Shown: one piece after another, positions 1 through 8,978 of the stretch | Layout of the letters: each line of letters opens with the position of its first letter | How positions within the stretch are numbered: position 1 is the first letter of the stretch | NCBI GenBank assembly: GCA_024626585.2 | Contig: JANKJI020000004.1 | Coordinates: 115,360,901-115,381,907 of the forward strand | Reading direction: 5' to 3' | From: Ginkgo biloba | Lineage: Eukaryota; Plantae; Ginkgophyta | Length of the DNA stretch: 21,007 nucleotides | The notes under the pieces: generated by a model | Told to the model about the DNA's origin: nothing | What the model saw: the letters and a program-made list of their open reading frames with translations, nothing else | The model's database searches: none | Position numbers and translations under genes: made by a program

Positions 1-61
1 TACCCAAGTGTTATCTCAAGAGTCACAGGCGATCTCTCGTTATACTAATTTGATCTAAGAG

Positions 62-478
62 ACCCCCAATTTATGCTTCAAGATACAAGGGGGAGCTCAT
101 CCATCAACCACTACTATAGATGATCCCTTTACATATGCGAGTTAGACATATAAATATTTTCTATGCCCTCTAATATGACAGAAGATCCATAAAATTCTAT
201 TGGTAGGGTTGTAGCCCTAATCAATAATAGTTTTTTTCTAAAGAGGGAGATAGAATGGTTGTAATCCCACCTTTCCCCTCTTGATGATTAGAAAAAACAA
301 TTAAATCCCCTTGGCCAAATGGCATTGAGGGTGGTGCGAAGTTTGTAATCTACAACCTTAATTTCTTGCAAGCGAAGCACTGAGACATTCTTGTTTTCAA
401 ATCTTAGGCTCTTCATAGAGCTTTTTTTGCATGGGTCAGAGAGCCCACACACATTCCAACTAATGCATTTATCATTAA
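62..478 (-). pseudogene. LINE (L1-like) ORF2 N-terminal AP-endonuclease (EEP) domain, decayed
   Basis: Minus-strand translation KCISWNVCGL...LRLQEIK matches the SWNVRGL and LQETK motifs. After frameshifts it continues NHQEGKGGITTILSP (GxGGxAIL), RILWI, NIYMSN (NIYAPN-like) and WLMDELP, with multiple stops. Confidence 0.85.
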
Positions 479-489
479 NNNNNNNNNNT

Positions 490-850
490 AGTGAAGGAAA
501 TTCACAGTGCATGGTTCCTTGCTCATCTTCCCCCAAGTTGGCTAGTACCAGATATGGGTTTTCTAAGGCATCTACAGACTCTCATTTTCTTATACATGGT
601 ATAATATTGGTCCAGGGTTTTTCTTCCACTGGCACCTTTGACCATTTGTGAGTGTAACATTGTTTGGGATTCCAGAGGTGCCAGAGGGGAACGATGGCGA
701 ACCCTATTTTCACCTTGGGGTTTTGGGATGTGCTTCTCCCTAATAGAAGCATTTTTGGCAGGAGGGCTAGCATGAGGGGCTGCTTGAACCTTGGACGATT
801 GTTCCTTAGGAGATACATTGCATCGGAAATGATGAGATACATTTTTCTCT
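490..850 (-). mobile_element. Probable 3' low-complexity tail of LINE ORF1 / inter-ORF region of the same LINE
   Basis: Lies immediately 5' of the endonuclease start on the same strand. The reading frame is S/P/K/R-rich (ORF 523-885) with no diagnostic motif. Confidence 0.35.
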
Positions 851-1112
851 CTTCTCTCACTTAACTGGCTTGCACGTGCATGCATTTGCTAGCAACCACC
901 AAAACATTCGTACATGCATGCATACCCTAACCTGCCAGAAAAAACAACTTTCTTGAAANNNNNNNNNNNNNNNNNNNNNNNNNNNNNNNNNNNNNNNNNN
1001 NNGAATTTGTTTCAAAAATAGAATTTTTTCCCTATACATCCAAAAGTCATAAAAAATGGAAATTTTCCAAAATTGCTAATTTCGGTATGAGTCTTGATGA
1101 CAATATTTCAAC

Positions 1113-1608
1113 ACAAGCTTGATACCCCCTTCAAGTTCCTCGCAAAGAGGACCCCACCATTTTGGGCCACATCCTTTTAAAGTGGATGTCAAGATGGAGA
1201 TCCCGATGTTCTCAAGGAAAATGGAGGTTGAATTGCTTTAGTCTTGGATTCAAGCGTTAGAGATTTATTTGTCATGTCAAGCATACACAGATGATAAAAA
1301 AATCACGTTTGCATGCTTGAAAATGGCAATGAAAGCGTTGCTTTGGAGGGAGATTGTGGCTTGGGATAGAACTTTCAAGAATCTAACTGCAATTATATCA
1401 TGGGATGAGTTCAAGAAGGCTCTCAAGAAGCATCTCTATCCTCAGTTATGAGAACAAGTTGCACATCAAGTGGCACTACCTTCGAAAGAGGCAAAACCAA
1501 ATGGTCTCAGATTATTATGAATAATTTTTGTACTTGATGATATGCAGGGGCATACAAGACTCAAATGAGAATACTATGTTGAGATTTGTGGGCAAGCTCA
1601 TAGCTTCC
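1113..1608 (+). pseudogene. Ty3/gypsy gag (retrotransposon gag domain), decayed
   Basis: PFKVDVKMEIPMFS...SWIQALEIYLSCQAYTDDKKITFACLKM..ALLW...ISWDEFKKALKKHLYP follows the gag pattern (IPxF..W..LE.Y...K..FA.L.....A..WW...W..FK). Contains stops and frameshifts. Confidence 0.8.
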
Positions 1609-2160
1609 NNNNNNNNNNNNNNNNNNNNNNNNNNNNNNNNNNNNNNNNNNNNNNNNNNNNNNNNNNNNNNNNNNNNNNNNNNNNNNNNNNNNNAAATTGT
1701 TTGCAAGATAGCTATGGCTGAATCCAAGGCCATTTCTACAGAAATACAGAAAAGCTTTAAGGAACCACCAAGGAATGGGTGCATAAATCTGTTTATTGAT
1801 GAAGAAACAGCAACAAGCTGAGAACCTCTTGGACAAGCTTGCCAACTCTCAACAGCAGTTGATTTCCTCAATAAAGCAGCTTCAAGGACCATCTGGACCA
1901 TCCTCATTTTCTTTTTCTCAGTCCTCCCCATTATGAAGTCCAGTTACTACCCCTAGACCACCTTTGGGTCAAGTACCAATTGCCCCATTATTCAACTCTC
2001 TCCCAAGACCATCTATGGGTCAAGTCGCAGGAGCACAAAGTGGTGTTGGGACAACAAGTTCGATACCCCCTTCAAGTTCCTCACAAGGAGATCCCCACCA
2101 GTTTGGGCCACATCCTTTTAAAGTGGATGCTACGGTAGAAATCCCAGTGCTCTCAAGGAA
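1113..2160 (+). repeat. 107-bp direct repeat: 1113-1219 vs 2054-2160 (two gag N-terminal segments)
   Basis: Ungapped alignment, about 91/107 identical by hand count. Shared core GATACCCCCTTCAAGTTCCTC...TTTGGGCCACATCCTTTTAAAGTGGATG...TCTCAAGGAA. Confidence 0.9.
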
Positions 2161-2299
2161 CAATGCATTGATATTTCTATTTCTATATGCTGATGAAATT
2201 ACATGTGACATAGTTCCCATGGATCGCACTGGAGTATTATTTAGCAGTCCTTTTCTATATGCTAGAAGGGCTGAAATTTTTCAGGCATTACATTCTTAG
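1964..2299 (+). pseudogene. Second gag N-terminus fused directly to the C-terminal half of a Ty3/gypsy aspartic protease
   Basis: The ORF reads ...PHPFKVDATVEIPVLS (gag start) then ADEITCDIVPMDRTGVLFSSPFLYAR (protease C-terminal DEVxCDVVPxDxCxVLLGxPxLYDR pattern). The catalytic D(S/T)G half is absent. Confidence 0.7.
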
Positions 2300-2489
2300 A
2301 TCAGTCCCAGTTTCTACTTCTTTTGTGCTTGTTACAAGCTCCCAGATGAGGAATCTTGTGGCTCTCAGAAGATGGTACTACTCATGATCCTGCCTAGAAA
2401 AGACCCCGTTTCTGATGAGGAAAAGGGGCTGAAATTAGTCATGAAGACAACAGGACAGTGACAAGAATTGGAAGGAATATTGTCCAAAT

Positions 2490-3058
2490 TTTAGCATGTA
2501 TTCGAAGAACCTAAGGGCCTACCTCATAAGAGGCTCATGGAACATCAAATTGACTTCTTACCAAGAGATCCCCTTCCTAATGGTGTGTTGTACCAAAAAT
2601 CAGTTTTAGAGTGAAGAGATTCGGAGGTAGTTTATACAACTTTTGGAAAAGGGTACATTCAACCTCCCTCCTCTTCATAGGGTCTCCTGTGATTCTTGTA
2701 CCAAAGAAGGATGACACATGGAGGATGTATATTGACCATTAGCAAAATTGCAGTGAAGAATTGTTATCCACTTCCTTGTATTGACAAATTATTAAACTTG
2801 CTTACCAAAGCTAAATATTTTAGTGAGATTGATTTAAAATATGTTTATCATCAAGTACAAATTAAGGAAGAGGATAACTAGAAGATGGGATTTTGAAACA
2901 AGCAAGGTTTATAAAATTTTAGTCATGCATTTTGGACTAGCCAACATGTCGATGATCTTTATGAAATTGATGACGCTTTGATCTATAATAGCACATGGGA
3001 GGAATATCTAGCATGTTCGTTGAGCTCTGTTGAAGCTTTAGGCAGCACAAGCTTCAAG
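2490..3058 (+). pseudogene. Ty3/gypsy reverse transcriptase, decayed
   Basis: VFEEPKGLPHKRLMEHQIDF, LLEKGYIQP, GSPVILVPK, WRMYID, KNCYPLPCIDKLL, KYFSEIDLKYVYHQVQIKEED, LIYNSTWEEYL. Stops, frameshifts and short deletions; ends at an N gap. Confidence 0.9.
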
Positions 3059-4588
3059 NNNNNNNNNNNNNNNNNNNNNNNNNNNNNNNNNNNNNNNNNN
3101 NNNNNNNNNNNNNNNNNNNNNNNNNNNNNNNNNNNNNNNNNNNNNNNNNNNNNNNNNNAATCTTATGTCAATTCAAACCATACATACCAGATACATATGG
3201 AAAAGAATATTATAGAAGAACGAATATATAACCCCAATCAGTTGGAGACCTAACTCCCCCCAAAGGATGAGGTGGACTAAACTACCCGTTCATAATGTCT
3301 AAAGTATTCAGAGCTAAGAGAATACGGGAATCAATGCAACTGGAACAAGAACCATGGAAAGAAATTATGAGACAAAACCATCTACCAACGGATTATGTAG
3401 AAGAACTACAAAAAGAGTGGACAACACAACATATAAGGGGATCCTTAGTTAACAAACCAATGGCCACCCAAAATTATGCTAGAAACTAGGTGCAAAAGGA
3501 AATAACATATCATTATGGCATTACTGATGAAAAGAAGTAGAGGACGCCACTTTTGATCAAGAAGATATAAAGGCATACTTGGCACAAGATGGAGAGAACG
3601 AGTATAAACAAAATAAGATAAGATAAATCCCATGGAAAGGTGTTATACAGTTTAAGGAAATGAGCAGTTGATGGGATCAACAAGTGATGGAAAAATAAAA
3701 AATACAAGTTGGAGAAATTGCATCAAATGGTATACCTAAATCAACAGCAATTGATAGAAGAAGAAGGATTGAGGTCAAAACACTGTAATAAGAAATTCAA
3801 TATAAGACCATTCAAAAGATACATATAAATATTGGAGGACATAACACAAAGTTGGGCTAGCATCTAGCAAACACAATTCAAACTCAAGACTAGCATGCTC
3901 CTATGGAGAATTAAAATAGGTGGAAATGCGCCTCCCAACAAACCTCCAAAACTGAGGTGTACAAGACCCCTTTCCATGCTTGGTTTGTTGAAACGAAATG
4001 AAAATGCATTAATGTCCACTAATAACTAAGAAACAGTCGATGGGACTATAATAATGTCCATAAATGTTACATATCAAGGGAGAGCTTCTAGCCTCTCCGA
4101 AGCAAAATCTAAAAAGGAGGGGGAAAAAACTCTCCTAAGAAGATTTCAGATAAAAAGTAGCAAATACAAGATAAAGTGCACATCCAATAGGAGTTAGAGG
4201 GCCCTTTTAAGCTCCTATCTCGAGCAAAAAAGGTCCTTTAAGGCATCAATCTAGGTCACTGAAAACCTAATACTCTTGCGATCTATGATGATAGACCCGT
4301 GAGTCGTATGCCATCAAAAAATTGCTTAGTCTGTATAATGATCTCGTTTATAATCTTATCATCAATGGCTATCAAACTAGGGTCTATCGTCTATTCATCA
4401 GCCCCTATCTCTCTCCTAGCATCTAAGGTCAAAGCTCCTCTATGCGGCCTAAGAAAATGAGTCTACCTCTTGACCCCAAACCTGGCNNNNNNNNNNNNNN
4501 NNNNNNNNNNNNNNNNNNNNNNNNNNNNNNNNNNNNNNNNNNNNNNNNNNNNNNNNNNNNNNNNNNNNNNNNNNNNNNNNNNNNNNTC

Positions 4589-6328
4589 AAGGATCAAGAA
4601 ATGAGGTGCTCAAGATACAACAACATGACTAAAATCTATTATAATTGAATGGCACAAGAATTGTTGATCAATCCCACCAAGGAATTAGCAACATTGTTAA
4701 AGGAGAACAAGAGTTCAAACCAAAAGACAAGACACAATATGGACTTTGAAAATTAAGGAATCAAATTGGCTGCTAAATAATTGATAGAAGAAGAACAAAG
4801 GTAGAATTTCTAAGCAATTCATGAACACAAAACTGAGCCCGCTCAAAGATACAAACAAACCGAACTATTATAGACATTAGAGATGGAATATGCCTTATCA
4901 AAATCGATACCTCATATTAAGTAAATGGAGAAGACAATGGTGAGTAATGATGACGAGTTCATTTTAAATTAGTAGTATATAAAAGAATCACTAATCATAA
5001 GGACCATGTGATGATGCAATAGGGGCAAACATTCAAACACAAAGATTGAGTAGGTTGATTTGGCTCAAAAGAAGGCACACTTGGAAAAGGCTTTCGTGTT
5101 TTGGGAGAAATGTTTCCTTCACACCAACAGTATATATAAGAGTAAAAGGGCTCTATGAATTACACACACTTAGAATTAGCAAGGAGCAAACATAACAACA
5201 AAGAAGACAAATATGTGGGAAAAAAAGATTATTGCAAGAAAGGTGCACAAACAAAGGCAAAGTGAAAATGAGGAATGAACCATGGCATTTAGAAGAAGAT
5301 TGGTCATAAAAAATGGAGTACACAAATAACCATCAAGAAAGAAGATTATCACATAAAGAGTGGCCATGTGTTTATGCATCAAGCGAGGAATCATAATTGG
5401 CTAGAAAAAGGAACAACATAGACCTTAATTGAAAAGTAGAGGAAAGAAAGATGCCACCACAAGAAATGGCACAAGGAGATAAGGGCAATCCAAACCAACT
5501 GAAGACCCAAGCAAGAGGACCGCATAAACATAATTTCAAAGGAGGCAAATATTGAGGTGCAAAGCCCAATAGCTTGTGTGGAAGAAGAAATCCAATGCAA
5601 AACAAAGTCCAAATGGCATCTAGGGCACCTCTAAACCAATAAGTGAAGAGACATTATACCATAGGAACATGTACAATCTTTCATCGGAGGCTATAAAGAA
5701 ATTGTTGGATCAGTTCAGCAAAGAAAATGTTGTCCTAAGAGATATAGATTTCCTCTTCAAGAAGGCTATGCCAGTAGAGTAGAATAAAGAATTGATGCTA
5801 GAAACGAGGTTGGAGATTAGCATAGCCAAGAAGAATATTGAATTGATTCTTAAGCACATGGAGGAAGTCAATCCTTCACCACTAAGAAAGGCAAATCCTT
5901 TTACAGCCCTATATATGAATGAAAACCACATGACATTGTTGAGCCACAAGGACATGTAAGGCTTCAAAGAAGAAACAAAAAGCATGCTTTAAGGAGCAAC
6001 AAACATATCCATAAGATAGTTGATTTGAATAAGATAGTCATACAAAAATAATTCAACAAGAGGAGACGGAAGTGGTAGAGGACATAAGTCCATAGGATAT
6101 GTAAAGACTTTTGCAAAATGCCTATAAACTAGCTCAGTTAAACAAATAATAGGAGTCTTAAACATTAGGAAAAGAGAGAGAAATTTCTCGTAGTAGTCAA
6201 TGGAATGGGAAACAACACAGGTTGTCATAAACAGGTTAATGTAAAGGGCTATTCTCCCCATTTGGATTGATGTATGTAATCTCGCTTATTTAGTAGAATA
6301 CGGGTTTTGTGTCCCATCTCTTAATTAA
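4589..6328 (+). other. Decayed coding-like (E/K/Q/L-rich, helical) reading frame(s), family not recognised; probably a transposon accessory ORF
   Basis: Strong purine/A skew on +. Long protein-like frames are interrupted mainly by TAA/TAG, e.g. QKKAHLEKAFVFWEKCFLHT (~5070-5125) and LRDIDFLFKKAMPVE*NKELMLETRLEISIAKKNIELILKHMEEVNPSPLRKANPF (~5735-5905). Confidence 0.35.
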
Positions 6329-6404
6329 TAATTAATAGAATATATTTTCATAAAGGAAAACTCTTGAACCATCTCACTAACATAAGATGAGAAATGTCAG
6401 TGGC

Positions 6405-6569
6405 CGGAAATGAATACACATGTGCTCATCACTTACGCACACTATTTGAATCCCCAGTCATGAACCCATGTGAACTGATCTCGGCTCCCGAGATCGCTTC
6501 ATATGGGTTAATGACCCGAGATCAATTCACATGGGTTCATGACTTTCCCACACTATTTAAATCCCCGGT
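6405..6569. repeat. Compound inverted/tandem repeat: four copies of a 28-29-bp unit (+,-,+,+) within a 111-bp-period direct repeat
   Basis: Arm A, 6456-6484, is AGTCATGAACCCATGTGAACTGATCTCGG. Its reverse complement matches 6516-6544 at 28/29 and 6488-6515 at 24/28. A diverged fourth copy at 6405-6433 is 22/29 to 6516-6544. CACACTATTTRAATCCCCRGT occurs at 6438-6458 and 6549-6569. Confidence 0.9.
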
Positions 6570-6586
6570 GCCGACAGCTAATCAGT

Positions 6587-6772
6587 AAACCAAACCCAAT
6601 TCGCCGATGTTCAAGATTATGGGACACTTAAGTCCCAGTTATTGACATCGAGACATTTCCCTTTTGTGTGCTTCATAATGGCTCTGTTTGATTTCATCTT
6701 GTGACCACCGATTGGCAAATCCCACTCGGTATTCGTTAAAACCGAACCCAATTCACTAGTGTCTAAAATCAT
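6587..6772 (+). repeat. 34-bp direct repeat (6587-6620 vs 6739-6772)
   Basis: AAACCAAACCCAATTCGCCGATGTTCAAGATTAT vs AAACCGAACCCAATTCACTAGTGTCTAAAATCAT: 25/34 identical, and all 9 differences are transitions. Confidence 0.75.
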
Positions 6773-7515
6773 TATATTATACTTTCACAGGAATAAATCA
6801 ACAAAAGAAGCGTCAAAATTTCACTCTGTGGCCAATAAAAACTTACTTTCTTCGCAATGAACTCACATTATGTCCCTTTACTGGATACAGGTGCACTAGA
6901 TATCATAACCTTCAATGACTCATATTTGGCCACTGCCTCCACCAAAGGAACTTGATCTTGAGAAGACCGTGTGATGCCCATATTCCTCGTGTAGAGCTTG
7001 GCCTTGTTAATGCCAATATCCCCAATTCTCAGCACTTGATTACATGAAAAACCTGGAGATGATAACAAGGTTCCTACATTAACATGGCGTGGGAAGGAGG
7101 CTTGTACTAGAGCCCTCAACTTTGATGTCCTCCCTATGGGATGATGACAGCATCCCTACACCCTAGAAGCTTTCTTCCTTCATCATTGAATTGAACTGTC
7201 ATGGTCTTACGCACTATGTCACTTTTATTTTTCCATGTCGCTGCCTCCCTTCCTCCTCGTTGCACCCGTCATCCCCTCACATGCACCCTCATCGAAGAGT
7301 TTTCCTTACATATCCTTGAACCATATCCATAATTGTGCCTCCCATAGTTCCCCTTGTTGTTGCCTCTTGTTTCCCCTAGGTCACTCTCCATCCTCGCCAA
7401 CACCATTGCCTTATAGTCTCACGCCTCCCTACACAAAAAAATAAATAAATCAACAAAAAGCTAAAAACAAAAATATAATAAAGTCATTACCTATAGTTTC
7501 TTTTAATTTTTTTTG

Positions 7516-7587
7516 TAGCCCTTAGTTAGGTATCTCATAGTCTTATGGGGCATCCATAAGACTTTCTTTTTAAAACTCTAAGGGCTA
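7516..7587. repeat. Nested inverted repeat (two perfect 10-bp stems)
   Basis: TAGCCCTTAG (7516-7525) / CTAAGGGCTA (7578-7587) enclose AGTCTTATGG (7539-7548), loop GGCAT, CCATAAGACT (7554-7563). Confidence 0.8.
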
Positions 7588-7744
7588 ATGGGTTAATGAA
7601 ATATTCTTATATTTAATCAAATAAGGGAACNNNNNNNNNNNNNNNNNNNNNNNNNNNNNNNNNNNNNNNNNNNNNNNNNNNNNNNNNNNNNNNNNNNNNN
7701 NNNNNNNNNNNNNNNNNNNNNNNNNNNNNNTGTGTGGGGGGGAG

Positions 7745-7891
7745 TGTCAACTATGCAACACAATGATAAAAGAAGAGAGAGAAGACAAGACTACACCCAA
7801 GCCTTTTGACTTCAAACAAGAATCTCATTCATTAATAATTAGCATTAAAGGGATTTATAGTTACAAGGTAGGAAATATAAATATATTGACA
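7745..7891 (-). mobile_element. Putative short (147 bp) LTR, TRIM-like
   Basis: Inverted termini TGTCAA...TTGACA. On the minus strand it follows a purine run (AAGAAAGGATACA) at the end of a long purine-rich tract, and contains TATAAAT and a pyrimidine-rich 3' part. No partner LTR in the window. Confidence 0.4.
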
Positions 7892-8919
7892 TGTATCCTT
7901 TCTTAGAAGGAGTCTATAACTTTGCCTTAAAAGACCTTCCTCTCGATACTTTGACTAATGTCTCTCCTAACTCTACTTCTTTGTCATTTGAACACTTGTC
8001 TTCCTCAATCCTCTACTTCTCCTTAGTCTTCTTCTGCCTATTATCTCTCTCTTCTCTCCTTCTCTACTCTCTTTCATATAGCATCAATCTCTCTCACTTC
8101 CTTTCCCCTCGTGTTCACCTATCTTCCCTACACCTTTTCTTCTCATCTCTCTCTTCTCTCCCTTCTAAGATGCTTTTCCCCTTCCAAAATGTTCTCCCCT
8201 TGCACCAAAATTCTTTCTCTTCTACATTTGATATGGGCAATTAAGATTGTCATTAATTCCCCTCCACTTGGAGTCTCCTACCATCCTCAAGCCCCAAAAT
8301 CTCCTACTCTGGGAATATTTACTTCAAGGGTGCAACCACCTACTACTTTTAATGCTCAAATTCAAGCTTCCCACTCATTGACGTAATCTCTATCCTATGC
8401 CAAACTCTACTTTCTTTGTCAGTCTATCTTTCATTAATGTGGCCTTCCTTCTTCTGCTTAGATCCATCCCTCTTATCAGTAATCCTTCGTCACCATCAAT
8501 CTTCTAAAGGTCTGTGTAATGTTGTTGGTCATCTGTCATCATTGTCAATCTCCATTTTATGAACCTCGCCATCGTCCACTAAAATTTCTTCCTTCATTTG
8601 CTGGTTGTTATCATCACCCCTTGTCGTCAACCCTCTATTATTGTACTTTGATCGTCGGTGTCGACTTCTCAAAATTATGACAAAATTAAAATTCGATGAT
8701 GCTCCTCCCTTAGTATGAGCCCCTACTCATGTTACTCCTTAATACTCCTCTAATTCTTTTCATCTATATTTTTTTAGCTCCTCCTCAATAATCTACATGT
8801 TATCCTCTTGTGGTAACCCNNNNNNNNNNNNNNNNNNNNNNNNNNNNNNNNNNNNNNNNNNNNNNNNNNNNNNNNNNNNNNNNNNNNNNNNNNNNNNNNN
8901 NNNNNNNNNNNNNNNNNNN

Positions 8920-8966
8920 ATATATATATATATATATACACATATGTATACACACACACACACACA
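8920..8966. repeat. Compound (AT)n/(CA)n microsatellite
   Basis: ATATATATATATATATATACACATATGTATACACACACACACACACA directly after an N gap. Confidence 0.9.
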
Positions 8967-8978
8967 TAAATATCTAAG

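Noticed and set aside
4060-4486. LTR-like sequence on the minus strand
   Set aside because: No termini, PBS, PPT or partner copy could be defined.
6488-6544. DGR-like template/variable repeat pair
   Set aside because: The differences are not confined to adenines (two A and two C positions differ), the repeat is too short, and there is no intact RT or target gene.
6394-6588. 64-aa ORF across the palindromic block
   Set aside because: No recognisable motif. Its internal similarity (TLFESPV/TLFKSPV) simply reflects the 111-bp DNA repeat being a multiple of 3.
6585-6755. Telomerase-RNA template or snRNA-type promoter (AAACCRAACCC, TCCCAC-like words)
   Set aside because: Does not match the plant telomere template CTAAACCCT, and there is no RTCCCACATCG USE with a correctly spaced TATA.
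6792-7458. 15-bp direct repeat AATAAATCAACAAAA (6792 and 7444) as a TSD
   Set aside because: Low-complexity A-rich word, and the enclosed sequence shows no element termini or poly(A) structure I can support.
7891-8386. Hydrophobic L/S/F-rich ORFs (117 aa and 91 aa)
   Set aside because: By-product of a CT-rich low-complexity tract.
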